Of a stretch of DNA of 64,000 nucleotides, positions 27,660 to 41,614 are shown in pieces. This DNA comes from Octopus vulgaris (taxonomy: Eukaryota). Each line of letters opens with the position of its first letter. Position 1 is the stretch's first letter. Made by a program: the position numbers and the translations under genes. The stretch lies in NCBI GenBank assembly GCA_951406725.2, contig OX597820.1:40238001-40302000 (forward strand), written 5' to 3'. The notes beneath the pieces were generated by a model that was given only the letters and a program-made list of their open reading frames with translations, made no database searches and was not told the origin of the DNA.

Positions 27660-27863
27660 AATAATAATGATGATGATGGTTATGATGATGATGATGTTGC
27701 TGCTGCTGCTGATGATGATGATGATGACAATAATAATAATAATAATTATAATAATAATAACAATAATAATAATAATAATTGTAGTAATAATAATAATAAT
27801 AATTATAATAATAATAATAACGATGATGATGATGCTTATGATGATGATGATGATGACGACGAC

Positions 27864-27895
<32 letters not shown>

Positions 27896-27905
27896 CGATG
27901 ATGAT
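27660..27905. repeat. (GAT)n/(AAT)n trinucleotide repeat
   Basis: Direct reading. Confidence 0.9.
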
Positions 27906-27914
27906 TTAAAAATT

Positions 27915-28270
27915 AGGCCCACAGCCAGTAATTTAGACGAGGGGGTAAGTTGATTACATCGACCCCAATCTTCAGCTGGTACTTATTTTGTCTATTCCTA
28001 AAGGATACGAGGTAAAGTCGACCTCTGCAGAAATTTAACTCAGAACGTAAAGGCGGACGAGATGCTGCTAACCATTTTGTCTATTCCTAAAGGTCAGTAG
28101 TTTAGTGGAGGATAGAGTAGTTGATACCATCATCTCTTGTTTTTGACGGGCATCTTATTTCAGGGACCCTATAGGTATGCAATGCAAAGATGATCATAGA
28201 AGTATTTACAATCAGAAGGTAAATAGCAGAAGGAAACACTGTAAGTTCAATGCACTACAATCCTGCTAAT
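27915..28270 (-). mobile_element. Two degenerate SINE family B copies
   Basis: GATTACATCGACCCC..CTGGTACTTATTTT..AAAGTCGACCTC..AACTCAGAACGTAAAG; the second copy is more decayed. Confidence 0.7.
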
Positions 28271-28564
28271 CAGCAATTTAATTAGTTTTTATCGTAAGAA
28301 TTGAGATGAAAAGAAAACCATTTTTGAGACTTTGAGTTATTTTGGCGCTTAATCTTAAATCCTACATTCCAGATGAATTATTTGTTATTCGTATAACATT
28401 CTACTGCATGCAAAAACACTAGCATTGGTAACTTGTTAGAAATATCATACGTGCTGGGTTTCAACTTTTGACAATTGAATCCAGATTCCAGGGAGCGTAT
28501 TATATTTGTTAAATACACACACACACACACACACGGAGATGTATATATGTATGTGTGTGTGTGC

Positions 28565-28601
<37 letters not shown>

Positions 28602-29238
28602 ATACCTGTTGTGCATTATGTTGCTCTATTAATCTATGTATTAGCTTTGTAATGCTTCATCCTTCCCCGCACTTCTACACATGTAACTCCTGCACTCGGC
28701 TCGATAGATTGAACTTGACTCACCCAATAGCTTCGTATAGATCAATGATATCCAGGAGTGAAATGCCGTCCAGTTCAACTCACATGCGCCTTCCTTCTCA
28801 TCCACTCACAATAATCGAATACCTTGGAGAATATCAACCCTCTATACCGTTCTCCTTCTTCCACCTTTTCATCCATTCTCTCATCCCTTTTTCTTATCTC
28901 CCTGTCTCCGCTCTCATCTGTCTCTGTTTCTGTGCATATGTCTTCTATATTCTATATCATCGCAAACAAGACAGTTCCACATTTCATATTAATCATAGCG
29001 GTTAAAGCAGCAGGTGCAACAGTAGTGAATGTAACGATAATAACAGCAGTAGGAACAGCAACGGAACATGCCTGCCCTTCTCTCTCTCTCTCCCTCTCTC
29101 TCTCCTTCTCCTTCTCTCTCTCTCTCGTTCCTTTCGTTCATTCTATTTCTCTGTATTTATGTATGTATTCATGTATGTATGTGAGTGAGTATGTATATAA
29201 GTACAAACGCATATGCACATATATACATAGTACACATA

Positions 29239-29403
29239 GGCGTAGGAGTTGCTGTGTGGTAAGTAGCTTGCTTACGAACCACATGGTTCCGGGTTCAGTC
29301 CTACTGCGTGGCACCTTGGGCAAGTGTCTTCTACTATAGCCTCGGGCCAACGAAAGCCTTGTGAGTGGATTTGGTAGACGGAAACTGAAAGAAGCCCGTC
29401 ATA

Positions 29404-29459
<56 letters not shown>

Positions 29460-29645
29460 GGTATATGTTTGTGTATCTGTGTTTGTCCCCCTAACATCGC
29501 TTGACAACCGACGCTGGTGAGTTTACGTCCCCGTAACGTAGCGGTACTAGGCTTACAAAGAATAAGTCCTGGGGTCGATTTGCTCGACTAAAAGGCGGTG
29601 CTCCAGCATGGCCACAGTCAAATGACTGAAACAAGTAATAGAGTA
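29239..29645 (+). mobile_element. SINE family A
   Basis: Full head GGCGTAGGAGTTGCTGTGTGGTAAG, CORE-like GGCACCTTGGGCAAGTGTCTT, internal (TA)n and a small internal deletion. Confidence 0.9.
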
Positions 29646-30099
29646 TAGGTTAACAACAGCGCATCCGTGGCAGAATATCGGTGGACTTTGTTAGCAAGTT
29701 TGGTATTAGTAAAATTTCACATTGCTGAAGTTAGTACGCTTTTTGGAGAAGAGCTACTGAAATTTCGATCAAAGTTGATTGTGTTTCAAGTAAATAAAAA
29801 CATCATTTTCTTTGGGCTTGTTTCTAGTGAGCTTTCGAAGCAATGGAAATAAAAATTTGTGTCCAATAAGTAGTTTCGTATTTGAGCCTTGTATTTTAGT
29901 ATTACAGCTTCCAATGTCCGCGTGTATGAAAGAAATTTACATACGCATATGCTTGTTCGAACTCTGATATAAGTACACATATAAGCACACATGCATGTGT
30001 TGTTGTGTGTAATGCTTTGTGTCTGATTATTTTTTGGACGATTATTCTGTTGCCCACATAGACCTTCTAGCCATCAGGTTTTTCATGCATGTATGCTTC

Positions 30100-30117
30100 T
30101 ATCTATCTATCTATCTC

Positions 30118-30162
<45 letters not shown>

Positions 30163-30205
30163 TTATCTATCTATCTATCTGTCTGTCTGTCTGTCTGTCT
30201 GTCTG
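30100..30205. repeat. (TCTA)n(TCTG)n
   Basis: Direct reading. Confidence 0.9.
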
Positions 30206-30617
30206 CCTGAGCAGGTCTATGATCCAATCCTTGCAGAGATGAGTGCCATGACGGCCTTCATAATATACAGGTTTACCATGGTTAAGGCATTCTTTCTCTT
30301 TTAGCATGGTCGTTCGTGATATGAGGGATTTTCATTGATATTTCTTGTAACGCAAATACTCAACCAGAAATTCCTGAATTTCTTAAGTTTGTTACTGTGG
30401 ACCATGTTCCTCTTATTTGCTCATAGTCACTGGTTTTCTCCTGTTCTTTATAATTAAAGCTTTATTTTTCATTTTACTCTTTCGTTCTCTTTTGTTTTTA
30501 TTCATATCCCTCTGTTAGTATCCCTTCCGAAACATGTATTTTCTATACCTGTTTTTTACCGTTTTTAATTTGGAAATGAAATCATATTTTCCATTCAACA
30601 TATTAGCTACTTTAGAT

Positions 30618-31149
30618 CAGTGTTTCCCAACATGGGGTGCGGGAAAATTAGGTTGGCGCTTGCCTTAGCGTGGGTAGTGATAATTTTTGCAAGTGTCTTG
30701 AGCGAACACTTATCGACCCAAAGCTTAACTTTGCACATTGAAATTTAAAAAAAAAAAGAAACCAAATCGCCATGCAAATGCTTCGAATCCCGTCTTTCTA
30801 TGCTGTGCAAAAATCGTCATCTCCATCGCTTCCTTAGATTTGTATTAGCCCTTTTTAAAATGAGTAAAGAAAAGCAAGAAGACTCGTCAATTTTCGGTAG
30901 AGTTTTTGAAGTTTTCGTTTATTCCCAGTGAACATAATGAGCGTAAACCGTTCTGCTTATTGTGTTTATTAGAAAAGAAGCAATCAGCAATGAAGTCAGG
31001 CAGGTTAAAAGCGCACTTGAATTAAAAATCGTGTTTCTATATTTAAAAAACAAATTGATGGGCACAAAATTTTTCGTTATTAAAAAGTAGGGCACCGGAA
31101 AATTTGTTATTAAAACGTGGGGCTCCACAAAAAGGGTTCTAAAACACTG
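30618..31149 (+). mobile_element. Non-autonomous hAT (Charlie/Buster-like) element
   Basis: TIRs CAGTGTTTCCCAAC / GTTCTAAAACACTG and 8-bp TSD CTTTAGAT/CTTTAGGT. Internal RQFSVEFLKFSFIP..PFCLLC..AMKSGRLKAHL resembles the BED-finger region. Confidence 0.85.
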
Positions 31150-33364
31150 CTTTAGGTAGACGGATAGCGAAAATTTTACTAGAATATGGTCAGAGTTGCT
31201 TGTAGCAAAATTCAATTTATCTGCGATGAAGTGCAAGTGGTTTGGAAGACGGATGCAGAGGTATGTTGTTTTATTATATACTAGGCACATGAAACACTGG
31301 GTGCAGGTTGAGACTGTTGGATGAGAAAATTCTGAGATGGAAAGTTAGATTAGTTTCATCTCATATTTCTCTACCTATTTCTTCATCTATATATATCCAT
31401 TTCCGTTATTTTCCATACTAGTGGAATAGAACTAAACTATTAGACATGAATACTCAACATTCATATTGTTGTCCTCCGTTTCTACCTCCGCATCATCACC
31501 ATTTCCCCGTAGTATCTCTCATTTCCTATTTTCACTTACATTCACATTCCCATCACTTTCTTACTCTTCCACATACCTTCTTACTCTTCCTTGTACTCTG
31601 CTTCTGCCCCGTATCATCCTTCATTTTCCCTATAAACAACTCAACAGGATATTGATCTTGCTGTTTCTACTCCTCATCCTTCCCACCCCGTCGTATTCCC
31701 CACCTTCTCCAACTCCTCACCCTCCTACTCTGCACTCTCTCCTACTTCCCATCCCTCTTACTCCCCACCCCTACTTCCAACCTCTCCTACTTCCCCGCGT
31801 CCTCCCCCCAATCTCACTCTTCCTTCTCCCCCATCATCATCATCAACTTGTTCTTTTGCTTCTTCCCCTTCTTTTTCTCCTCCTTCACCTTTTCTTCCCC
31901 CTCCTTTTGTTGTTTTCTCTTCTTTTCTTCCTCATACTCTTCCTTCTGCTCTTCCTCATTCTCCTCCTCATTAAGCTGTGCTATCTATAGTCTATTGTCT
32001 CTTGTTGATGATGATAAGGGCACGAGTATTTTTCATCTCTCGATTGACTTGCAACACGTATAAGTTTCATGACGAAGGTAAAGTTGCAAAAAGAGGAGGA
32101 GAAGGAAAAAGAAATGATGATGATGATGATGATGATGATGAAGTAGAAATTTTGCTGGTTTATTGTTGATGCTGATATTCATGACCGTAATCGTGATCAT
32201 AATAAAGATACAGAAGGAAGAGAAAGGAGGTGATCCATCTCTTAGTTTCTTGAATTAAGGTTTCTCATTTCTATTTTGTATATTTTATGGTATTCTCTTC
32301 CCCACTCTTTGGATTTAGGGATGATGGTGAAGGTGGGATCGTAGCGCTGATGTTGGCTTGTGGTGATGTTGACGATGGTGACGATGTCAACGATGAAAAT
32401 GATAATACTGACGACGATAATGATAATAGCGACAGTGATAAAGACGATAATAATAATGATAACTGTGATGATGACGCTGTTAATAGGACCGCATTCCCTT
32501 CATATTCTTTCTTCGATGCCTGCACTCTTGAGAACTGTCTTAATCTTTTTCCGTGCTCCTCTTATGCACTTCACAATCCAATCTAACCTGCACTACTTAA
32601 ACACAAACAAACACACATTCGCTCACACACATGCACAATAAAACACACATACACAAACATACAAAGATAAGAAGCCAAATACACATTTAGAAGCATACAC
32701 TTCTCACATTACATATATAAATGCAAGTGCAAATACACCGAGGCAACATATGATACTAGACAATATTATACAAGTAACCCATCCGTATTACTGCATTAGT
32801 ATCCAAACCAGCTATCCTACCACAAATATATATATATATATATAGGAACACGCACAGACTCTTGAAAGTACAGCCAGATTGTTACAGAAACATGCTAAAA
32901 TAATATATGATTTACAAAACTCTGCAATGTATCAATCTCGCCATGGTTGCTCTCCCTAATAGAAATAACAGACAACGTCTTCAAATCTCACATCACTCCG
33001 CTTTAAGTAAGGAAAGGGATTATAAAATACGTGTCAGTAAAAACAAGACAAGATATTCACCGATGGAATGCTTTTCATCATATGTCTGCTAAATTTGCTG
33101 TATCTGGTCGATTAGTGTCGACTTATGTTTAAATAACACTTACAAGAAGTTTATTTTTTAGAAGAATGCATATATAAGATGCATACATGTGCATATCATG
33201 CATATAATCACACTTATATTCTCAATAAGTGCTTGCAATTCAGTACAGACACTACGCGTATGCATGCACATTTGTATCAAATGTTCTTTTTTTTTCGAAA
33301 ACAAAATATATGCGCTTACAAATTCACCGCATCTCTACACATACAATAATCAAACATACATTAT

Positions 33365-33650
33365 GTACATTATTTACATTATTTACATTTGACGGATATT
33401 TATCCTTATCTTGTTTGTTGTTAACACAACATTTCGGCTGATGTACTCTACAACATTCACCACCCGATAATATTAACATAGGGAAAATAACTTAGGGATG
33501 AGAACCCACGTTCAAAATTCCCTCAAGGCACCTGATGAAGGCTGGAGAGTACATCAGCCGAAACGGTGCGTTAAAAACAAAGATGAGGACAAATATCCGT
33601 CAAATGTAAAGAATATAAATAGTGTATACATTAGGTTCGTCGATATGCAC
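33365..33650 (+). mobile_element. Foldback element containing a hammerhead motif
   Basis: Inverted arms at about 33365-33450 and 33545-33630. Confidence 0.75.
33529..33570 (+). ncRNA. Hammerhead motif with mutated cleavage triplet
   Basis: CAC-CUGAUGA-A-GGCUG(gagaguacau)CAGCC-GAAAC-GGU-GCG. The inverted arm preserves GAAAU-GUU-GUG, which suggests ancestral GAAAC-GUU-GUG. Confidence 0.7.
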
Positions 33651-34084
33651 AAATAGATATTCATGTCGTTGTGATAGTGATGGTAATATTGGGCATAGTT
33701 TCTCCATTCGTCTCGATGATCGACATTGAATTGTTCGATCAAGCTTCACACGTACTCATGAATTTCATATATAAGAAACTGAATATTGCGTTCAGTTCTG
33801 ACGAAATTCGACAAGGCTGCACTTCAGAATTATATACACAATCTAGAGATACAAACCAGAGAGAGATAGGTGAGGGAAAATAGGTGAACGAGAAAGATGT
33901 CCTCCGCAGGGTTTGAACTGAGAGAGGAAATAAGAGGAAAACGCTCTGCAAAGTATAACGAATAATAATATCCGACGCCCTAAATTTAACGACACTACCG
34001 ATTCAACGCTTTATATGTATGAAGACTTGTACGCTCATAAATATACCTGTATATATGCGTACATACATACATACATACATACAT

Positions 34085-34137
<53 letters not shown>

Positions 34138-34172
34138 AATACATACACACACACACATGTATATATAAATTA

Positions 34173-34557
34173 GAAAAAAAACAACTTTTATCAATTCAAA
34201 ATGAACAATTAAATTACACCATCTAGAAAATTACATATAATAGAAATATAAAAAATAAAATAACAATAATATACCGATGATTACGTAAATTGCAAAATAA
34301 TAATAAAACGTCTATATTAGGTTTCAATTTACTTAATCATCGGTATATTATTGTTATTTTATTTTTTATATTTCTATTATATGTAATTTTCTAGATGGTG
34401 TAATTCAATTGTTCATTTTGAATTGATAAAAGGTGTTTTTTTTCAATTTTTTATATATATATGTATATTATATTTTGTGAAATTTGCTTTAGTATTTCTC
34501 AATTGAATTTTTCCCTGTAAGTTAGGAATAATATTCCCTCAAATTATTATTATTAGT
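34173..34557 (+). mobile_element. Foldback element: 120-bp arms plus tail
   Basis: Arms 34173-34292 and 34325-34444. Tail TTTTTCCCTGTAAG..ATTCCCT..ATTATTATTA is related to the tails at 18381 and 35850. Confidence 0.8.
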
Positions 34558-34575
34558 ATATATATATTCAATATA

Positions 34576-34728
34576 TGACCGAGTGTGTATCGTTGGCCAT
34601 TTTCTTTCTCCGTCTTCCCTTCCTTGGACCTTTCCGTTTTCTAGGTTTCTTTCCTTTCCTGAGCATCCAATAACACTATATTTGTTCCACGTCCTCGCAT
34701 TGTGTTTTCTCTTTGTTCATGTTTGGAT

Positions 34729-34732
<4 letters not shown>
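34576..34732 (+). mobile_element. Copy of the 58806 element lacking the hammerhead
   Basis: Aligns to 58806-59013 with a 42-bp deletion; ends at (TA)n. Confidence 0.8.
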
Positions 34733-34759
<27 letters not shown>

Positions 34760-34999
34760 GTAATATGGGGGGTTTAGTTCACTTCTGATGTGAATGAATA
34801 GTGGGTAAGTGCAATAGTTGGTTGACCGTTAGGTTCCAAGATCATAGTTAAGGCTGGATTTAGGGGTCTGTTCTAGGGTTCCATTATAGGAGACATGTAT
34901 TATATTAGAGGAAAAATAGAAACCAAAGCAATCGTTTCTGGGATAGCGAAAGTGGTAGGTTAACATGTCATTGTACTGGGTATTTCGTCATCAGAGACA

Positions 35000-35660
35000 A
35001 TGCATGAACATTTTTGACGGGGAAAATTTGCAGCTTACAAGGAAGAAAACTCACAAGATCAGCAAATACATGCTGCAGTACGTCAAATGCAGTCTCAAGA
35101 GAGAAGGGAAATGAAACTTTCTCAAGACCAGCAAAGACATGCTATAGCACGTAAGATGGATTCTCGATGCAGAAGGGAGTTGAGACTTTCTCAAGAGCAG
35201 CAAATGCATACTGCAGCGTGTCAAATGTAGTCTCAAGACAAGCAAGATGACACTTTCTCAACATCAGCAAACGCATGCTACAGCACGTCACATGGAGTCT
35301 TAGTTTCCCCAAATTTCCAAATGAAACTAATGGTATGCGCTGCTCAGGAAGTAAAGTAAGAGTTCCAGCACTACCAGTTTCTCCTCAACCTATCATAGAT
35401 CTTCTCGAAGGCACTTCTATTCAGCCAGAGGATTCTCTGAACCATATCAGACAATACAACTCTGCATTTCAAACGACATCGTTTGGTGCCTCTAAGGAGA
35501 TAGGTGAACATGAACTTACGCCAACGTTCAAAGTTCAAGGGCAAGTCTATTACCTCATTGCTTCCCTGTTACCTGCAAGAACAACTACACTTCCTCGAAA
35601 TTTACTTTGTGAGTGATGTACAACAAACCCGAAGGAGGTGTCAAAATACTCCAAACAGAA
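35000..35660 (+). mobile_element. Helitron RepHel N-terminal fragment (decayed)
   Basis: ORF 35275-35616 contains CSGSKVRVPALP..NHIRQYNSAFQTTSFGASKE..PTFKVQGQVYYLIASLLP, the conserved Helitron pre-Rep region. It is preceded by degenerate tandem repeats (35050-35300). Confidence 0.85.
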
Positions 35661-35759
35661 GCATAGCATGTCGCTTAGTCGCATTAGCCCATCATTTATT
35701 CCACAAATGGTTTGTCGTCAATGGTGCACTTTCCGGTATCACCTGTTTCAACATAACTG

Positions 35760-35823
<64 letters not shown>

Positions 35824-35828
35824 TATAT

Positions 35829-35929
35829 ATAATATAATTCGAGACAAAATATAATATTTTACTATAAAATTGGATTTAACCCTAAATCTGATTTTTTCCT
35901 GTAATTTGGATTCATTCCCTAATATTTAT

Positions 35930-35934
<5 letters not shown>
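35829..35934 (+). mobile_element. Collapsed copy of the 18381 palindromic element
   Basis: Arm start ATAATATAATTCGAGACAAAA is joined directly to the tail ..CCTAAATCTGATTTTTTCCTGTAATTTGGATTCATTCCCTAATATTTATTATT; lies within (TA)n. Confidence 0.75.
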
Positions 35935-35970
<36 letters not shown>

Positions 35971-35975
<5 letters not shown>

Positions 35976-36260
35976 ATATTTCGGAATTTAGTCAATAAAA
36001 ACACACGCACTATATATTTGGTGTTATTTTGCTTCAGTGTTATTTATTATTTGCACAGGAGTGTGACGAAAGAACTCTGGCCGAAATAAGATTAAGATTA
36101 ATGTAAATAATAAATAACACTGAAGCAAAATAACACCAAATATATAGTGCGTGTGTTTCTATTGGCTAAACTGGCAAAATGACCATTCCGAAATATAACA
36201 ATATCTGTTTCAACGCACGATTTCACATAAAAAATCTTGCACAACAAATAATTAAACGTA
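35971..36260 (+). mobile_element. Foldback element plus tail within (TA)n
   Basis: Arms 35971-36055 and 36102-36201 (the left arm lacks about 14 bp). The tail is related to 45957-46000 on the minus strand. Confidence 0.8.
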
Positions 36261-36948
36261 TATATATATATATATAATACATACGTTATCGCATATCTGT
36301 GTCTTTGTGTACGAGTCAGCTTGCGTGAGTATGTGTGCGCAACCACTCATGTTTAGAAGCATACAGATCAGAGAAACAAAAATATAGAGGCTGATGCAAA
36401 CCCACCTATTCCAGCATACAGGAATCGATGCAGTTTCGTATAAAAACATGCGTTGCTAATTTTTACCTCAAGAGTCATATCGCAACAATGTCGATGAAAT
36501 AAAGCAGTGGAGGTTCGCTTTAGCAGACTATACCATTGAATGCATTGTTCCAACATAGCCCAGATTATAATAAATGAATCCAGTCACAGAACGAAGAAAC
36601 AACACATACAAATACAATAGATAAATGCATGTATAGTGGTTGGTACAGGCTACTAAAACCAGCAGCTAAATGCTACCGCCTGAACTACTTATGAGTACAT
36701 GAAAAAAATGCATATTGGATAATGCAGTCTGTGATATACTACCTCGGGGAAAAGATTAAAAAAAAAAGGAAACAAAACAAATTAACCAAAATTAAGAAGT
36801 CTATTGCACCTTCTCTAACATTTCTTTTTGATCATCTTTCCCTGCACCATTCTGTATCGAACTCAGCTGTATTTTACCTCCTCTTAATCTCAGTAAATTT
36901 TTATTGATACAATTCTAGTTAATTCGTTGACCACTTTTTTTCTCCGGT

Positions 36949-37247
<299 letters not shown>

Positions 37248-37885
37248 ATCTATCATGAATTTGATCATGCCCGATTTGTGGCTAAACTACAGTAACAAAG
37301 TAGCAACGGCTTTAACAATATGAACAACAACACTCATAGATATTTTGTTTAGGTTTTGGGTTTTATATCATTACTTTTCTCTTTCGTTTCTTACTCTCTA
37401 TGTCGTTTTTTGTTTGTTTGTTTGTTTTTCTATTAAAAATCTCTATTTTCATTTGTATCCTCTTAATTATAACATTTTCACATTTCATAAATTCCTTCGT
37501 AATCTCCTTCTGTTCTGCTTTCTTTCCTCCTCTCTTTCCCTCTCCTTCTCACTCTCTTTCAGTTTTGCCTTCCTCTCTGTCTCTTGTTAAACTATCTTTA
37601 TTTTTACAGACACTTATTCTTGTTCTTACTCAACATATTCCTTCCATTCTTTCATTCTCTTTTTCCTTACCTACTGCTTCGTTTCACTCTCTTCTCAGTT
37701 GCCCATTCTTTCTCCATCGCAGTCTTCCCCACTCTCTTTCTCTCTATCTCTCATTCTCTCTCTATCTCTCACTCTCTCTCATATCATAGTAATCGTTTTA
37801 TTAAAATTATTATTTTACGTTCACTTCTTTCAATTTTTCTTACCTAGCACCGCTTTTTATTAAAACCTTCATTATAAATCTCACT

Positions 37886-38282
37886 AAGGCGGTGATCTGG
37901 CAGAATCGTTAGCACGCCGGGCGAAATGCTTAGCAGTATTTTGTCAGCCGCAACGTTCTGAGTTCAAATTCCGCCGAGGTCGATTTTGCCTTTCATCCTT
38001 TCGGGGTCGATAAATTAAGTACCAGTTACGCACTGGGATCGATACAATCGATACAATCGACTTAATCCGTTCGTCTGATCTTGTTTGTCTCCTCTGTGTT
38101 TAGCCCCTTGTGGGTAGTAAAGAAAAAGGTATTTCGTCTGGGGAACACTCTGAATTCAAATTCCGCCAAATTTGCCTTTCATAATTTCTGGTCGATAAAT
38201 TAAGTACCAGTGAAACACTGGGATCGATGTAATCAACTAGTCCCTTCCCCAAATTTCAGGCCTTGTGCCTATAAAAGAAAGG
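37886..38282 (+). mobile_element. SINE family B, dimeric
   Basis: Two Meta-like domains; TSD ATTATAAATCTCACT (37871-37885) / ATTATAAATCTTACT (38283-38297). Confidence 0.88.
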
Positions 38283-38573
38283 ATTATAAATCTTACTATC
38301 CCACTTTCTTATCCATCCTTTTTGTTTACATCTCTTCTCTCCCTCTCTCTAATGCATCTCTTCATTTTAATTTCCATTACATCTTTCACTTACTATATCT
38401 ATTTACCTCTAGTCTACGGACACCTATATCGCCATCTTGTACTTTAGCCCTCATTTGCCACTCGGCAAACAATTTTTCACTAATCTCATTCTAAGCTGTT
38501 CTGTCAATTTTCCTACATTGTCACCCTACTTATTACTTGCCTTTATCTATCTCCCAAATCACTCGTCTATCTA

Positions 38574-38724
38574 TTCATTTCTTACTTCCTTTTTGCTACA
38601 CTCCACTTTTTGATATTGCTCCGCATACGCAATAACTTTCACCAAGTAAGTCACTCTCTCTACGAGCAATTACACACACAAATACATAGATACATACATA
38701 CATATATACTTATCTTTGTCAGTG

Positions 38725-38798
<74 letters not shown>

Positions 38799-38832
38799 CA
38801 CATATATATATGCAATCATATCTATCTATTTT
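38574..38832 (+). repeat. Direct duplication, copy 2
   Basis: Matches 36949-37247. Confidence 0.85.
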
Positions 38833-38974
38833 TCTACATATCTCGATCTCTCTGCATATATATATATATATATATATAAAACATATACACATACAGCCCC
38901 CCCATATATGTATATATATATGTATATATATGTATATACATAAATATATACATATGTACATGTATGCATCTATC

Positions 38975-39013
<39 letters not shown>

Positions 39014-40599
39014 TTGAAACACACACGCACTCACCTCTTACGCTCTCTCCACTCCGGACTCTCAAAACACACACTCACTCTTTCTTTCTACGATTTGTTA
39101 TTACTTGTTGCAATAATTTTCTTTCTTTGCCCAAAGACATAACTGAATTTTTACACTGCAGGGAGCGAAATCTTCTTCAAATCTCAGAAGTGAAATCTAG
39201 AGATGAATACAAGGGTTAATAGAGATGTTCCTTGTTGCAGAACAGGAGTCCCGAAATAGTGTACACGTGGAAGTAACTGTCTGTCCTTCTCTTACTCAAA
39301 TACATTATGAATGCTTGTCTCATTTCTTTTCTATTTTTTTTATTTATTTATCCCACCATCTTTCAATCCGCGCTCTCAACTAAGCTATATATATTTTATT
39401 GCTTTCTATGCAACCGTTCTTTTTCGTGCTCTCTTTCTCTCTCATAAACTGTCTTTCTACATATTTCACTACACCGATATACTAATACGCACACACAAAT
39501 ACACAAAAAAAAAAACACACACACGTACGCACACAAACCCACATATATGTGTGTGTGTGAGTGTGTACGCAGGCACCAACACCCTATATATATGTGTGTA
39601 TATATATATATATTTATATATATATAAAGAGATAGAGACAGAGACAGAGATGGAGGTAGATTGATAGATGGATAGATAGACAAATAGGTAGATAGATAGA
39701 TAGTATTTCATATGTTCAAAATTTGCATATCATTTCTTCGTAAATATGTACTGGCTTCACAAGACTTTGTTTACCTTTACATCGATGGTTTTGCTGATAT
39801 TTGAGAGAACGAATTTGTTTTCATGGTCGCACTTAATAAGTAACTCTGATTTTATATTCATCTGGTGAAGAACTATTATAATTCCGAGACGGGGTTGATC
39901 TTTGTGATGACGCAAAATAGAGAAAAGGTGTATGTAGATTAGTGCGGCCATTCTGTAGAAATCAGTATCTTGTCCAACAGGTGATGTTCCACATATCAAT
40001 TCTACAAAACATTCATTATCTTCACTACAGTAATTCTTTGATAGATTGATTTTATTTTAAGCAATTACTGTTTATTTCGATATGCAAATTAGAGCATGCG
40101 GCTGTGTGTATATGTGTGTGTTTGTGTATGTGTGAGTGTGTGTGAATGAATGTGTGCATGCGTGCGTGCGTGTACGTGTATAATATATATAATATACATG
40201 TATATATGCATGTATGTTTGTATGTATATACATGCGTGTAGGTGTGTGTCTGTCTATGTATATGTATATGTGACTGTATGTAACTGTATGTGACCAAATA
40301 TGTAAATGGCCGAAATAATTTTTAAGCAAAACGTAAGAGAAATAGAGCAACACGCCCACAAACAGATAGAATGTAATACAGACGGCTTTATGGTGAGGGG
40401 ATACCATAACAGATTAAATAAATTAATCGATAATTGCATGAATGCACACACATATATATATACACACATACATGCATACACATAAATTTCGTGCATCCGT
40501 CGATGTATACATATACAAATATATATGTGTGTGTATAGATAGATAGACAAATATAGATATACACACATGCACATATACACGCATACGTATACTTAATTA

Positions 40600-40830
<231 letters not shown>

Positions 40831-41614
40831 ATAAATACGCAACAAAAGAATCAAAGGGAATTATTTCAATATTGAAAAAGTGACCGAAAATAGTAAACGA
40901 AATAAGAGATTTAATGTTTGCAGTAAGAAATATTTCACTTGAAATATTTTGTGTTTTTGATTCTAATTCCAAGCTATCTGAGCAACTGGTATTTTTAAAG
41001 AATTGTTCTGTGTAAGACAAAGCAATTAACCGTCAAGTAGTAAAACGGGCAGGGAGACAGACAGACAAACACACCAGGCATACAAAAATATGTAGTTTAT
41101 GAAGTTAGATTAACGGAATTGCAGCTGCGTTGAGTCACCGTTTGAAATATTTTTATATTTTACTGCAGTGAGCATACTCGCAATTTTTATTTTCAGAGCA
41201 TTTGAGCCAGTTTCATTGTATGTATGTATGTATGTATGTATGTATGTATGTATGTATGTATGTATGTATGTACGCATGTGTCTGTGTGTGTGTGTTCGTG
41301 TTCGGGGGAGTGAATTAATTTGTAATGGACTGCAAAAGTGTAGGGCATACGAAATTGATGATAGGGATACCGTTTTTGATTTCGAATGTCGAGAGACAAA
41401 CTGAGTTGTTAGGAGAGGGGACCACAGAGAGGAAAGCCATGATCGACGCTGTGAGGACATACATACACACATATACATACACAAATCTTTGGGCTATATG
41501 AGTGGTGACTGAAAGGTATCTAGCGTTTTGTCAACAATAATCTTCCTAGTATTCTTTCACTGGCTTCTAGCATTGAACAGATTTTATATCCTACTTGTTT
41601 AATATACTCCCCTA

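Noticed and set aside
31466-32586. Pro/Leu-rich and Asp/Asn-rich ORFs
   Set aside because: Low-complexity pyrimidine tract and decayed (GAT)n; no domain.
34975-35000. Minus-strand CUGAUGA-C-GAAAU
   Set aside because: No stem II.
35050-35300. Repeat-spacer-like periodicity resembling CRISPR
   Set aside because: Degenerate repeats upstream of a Helitron motif in eukaryotic DNA; no cas genes.
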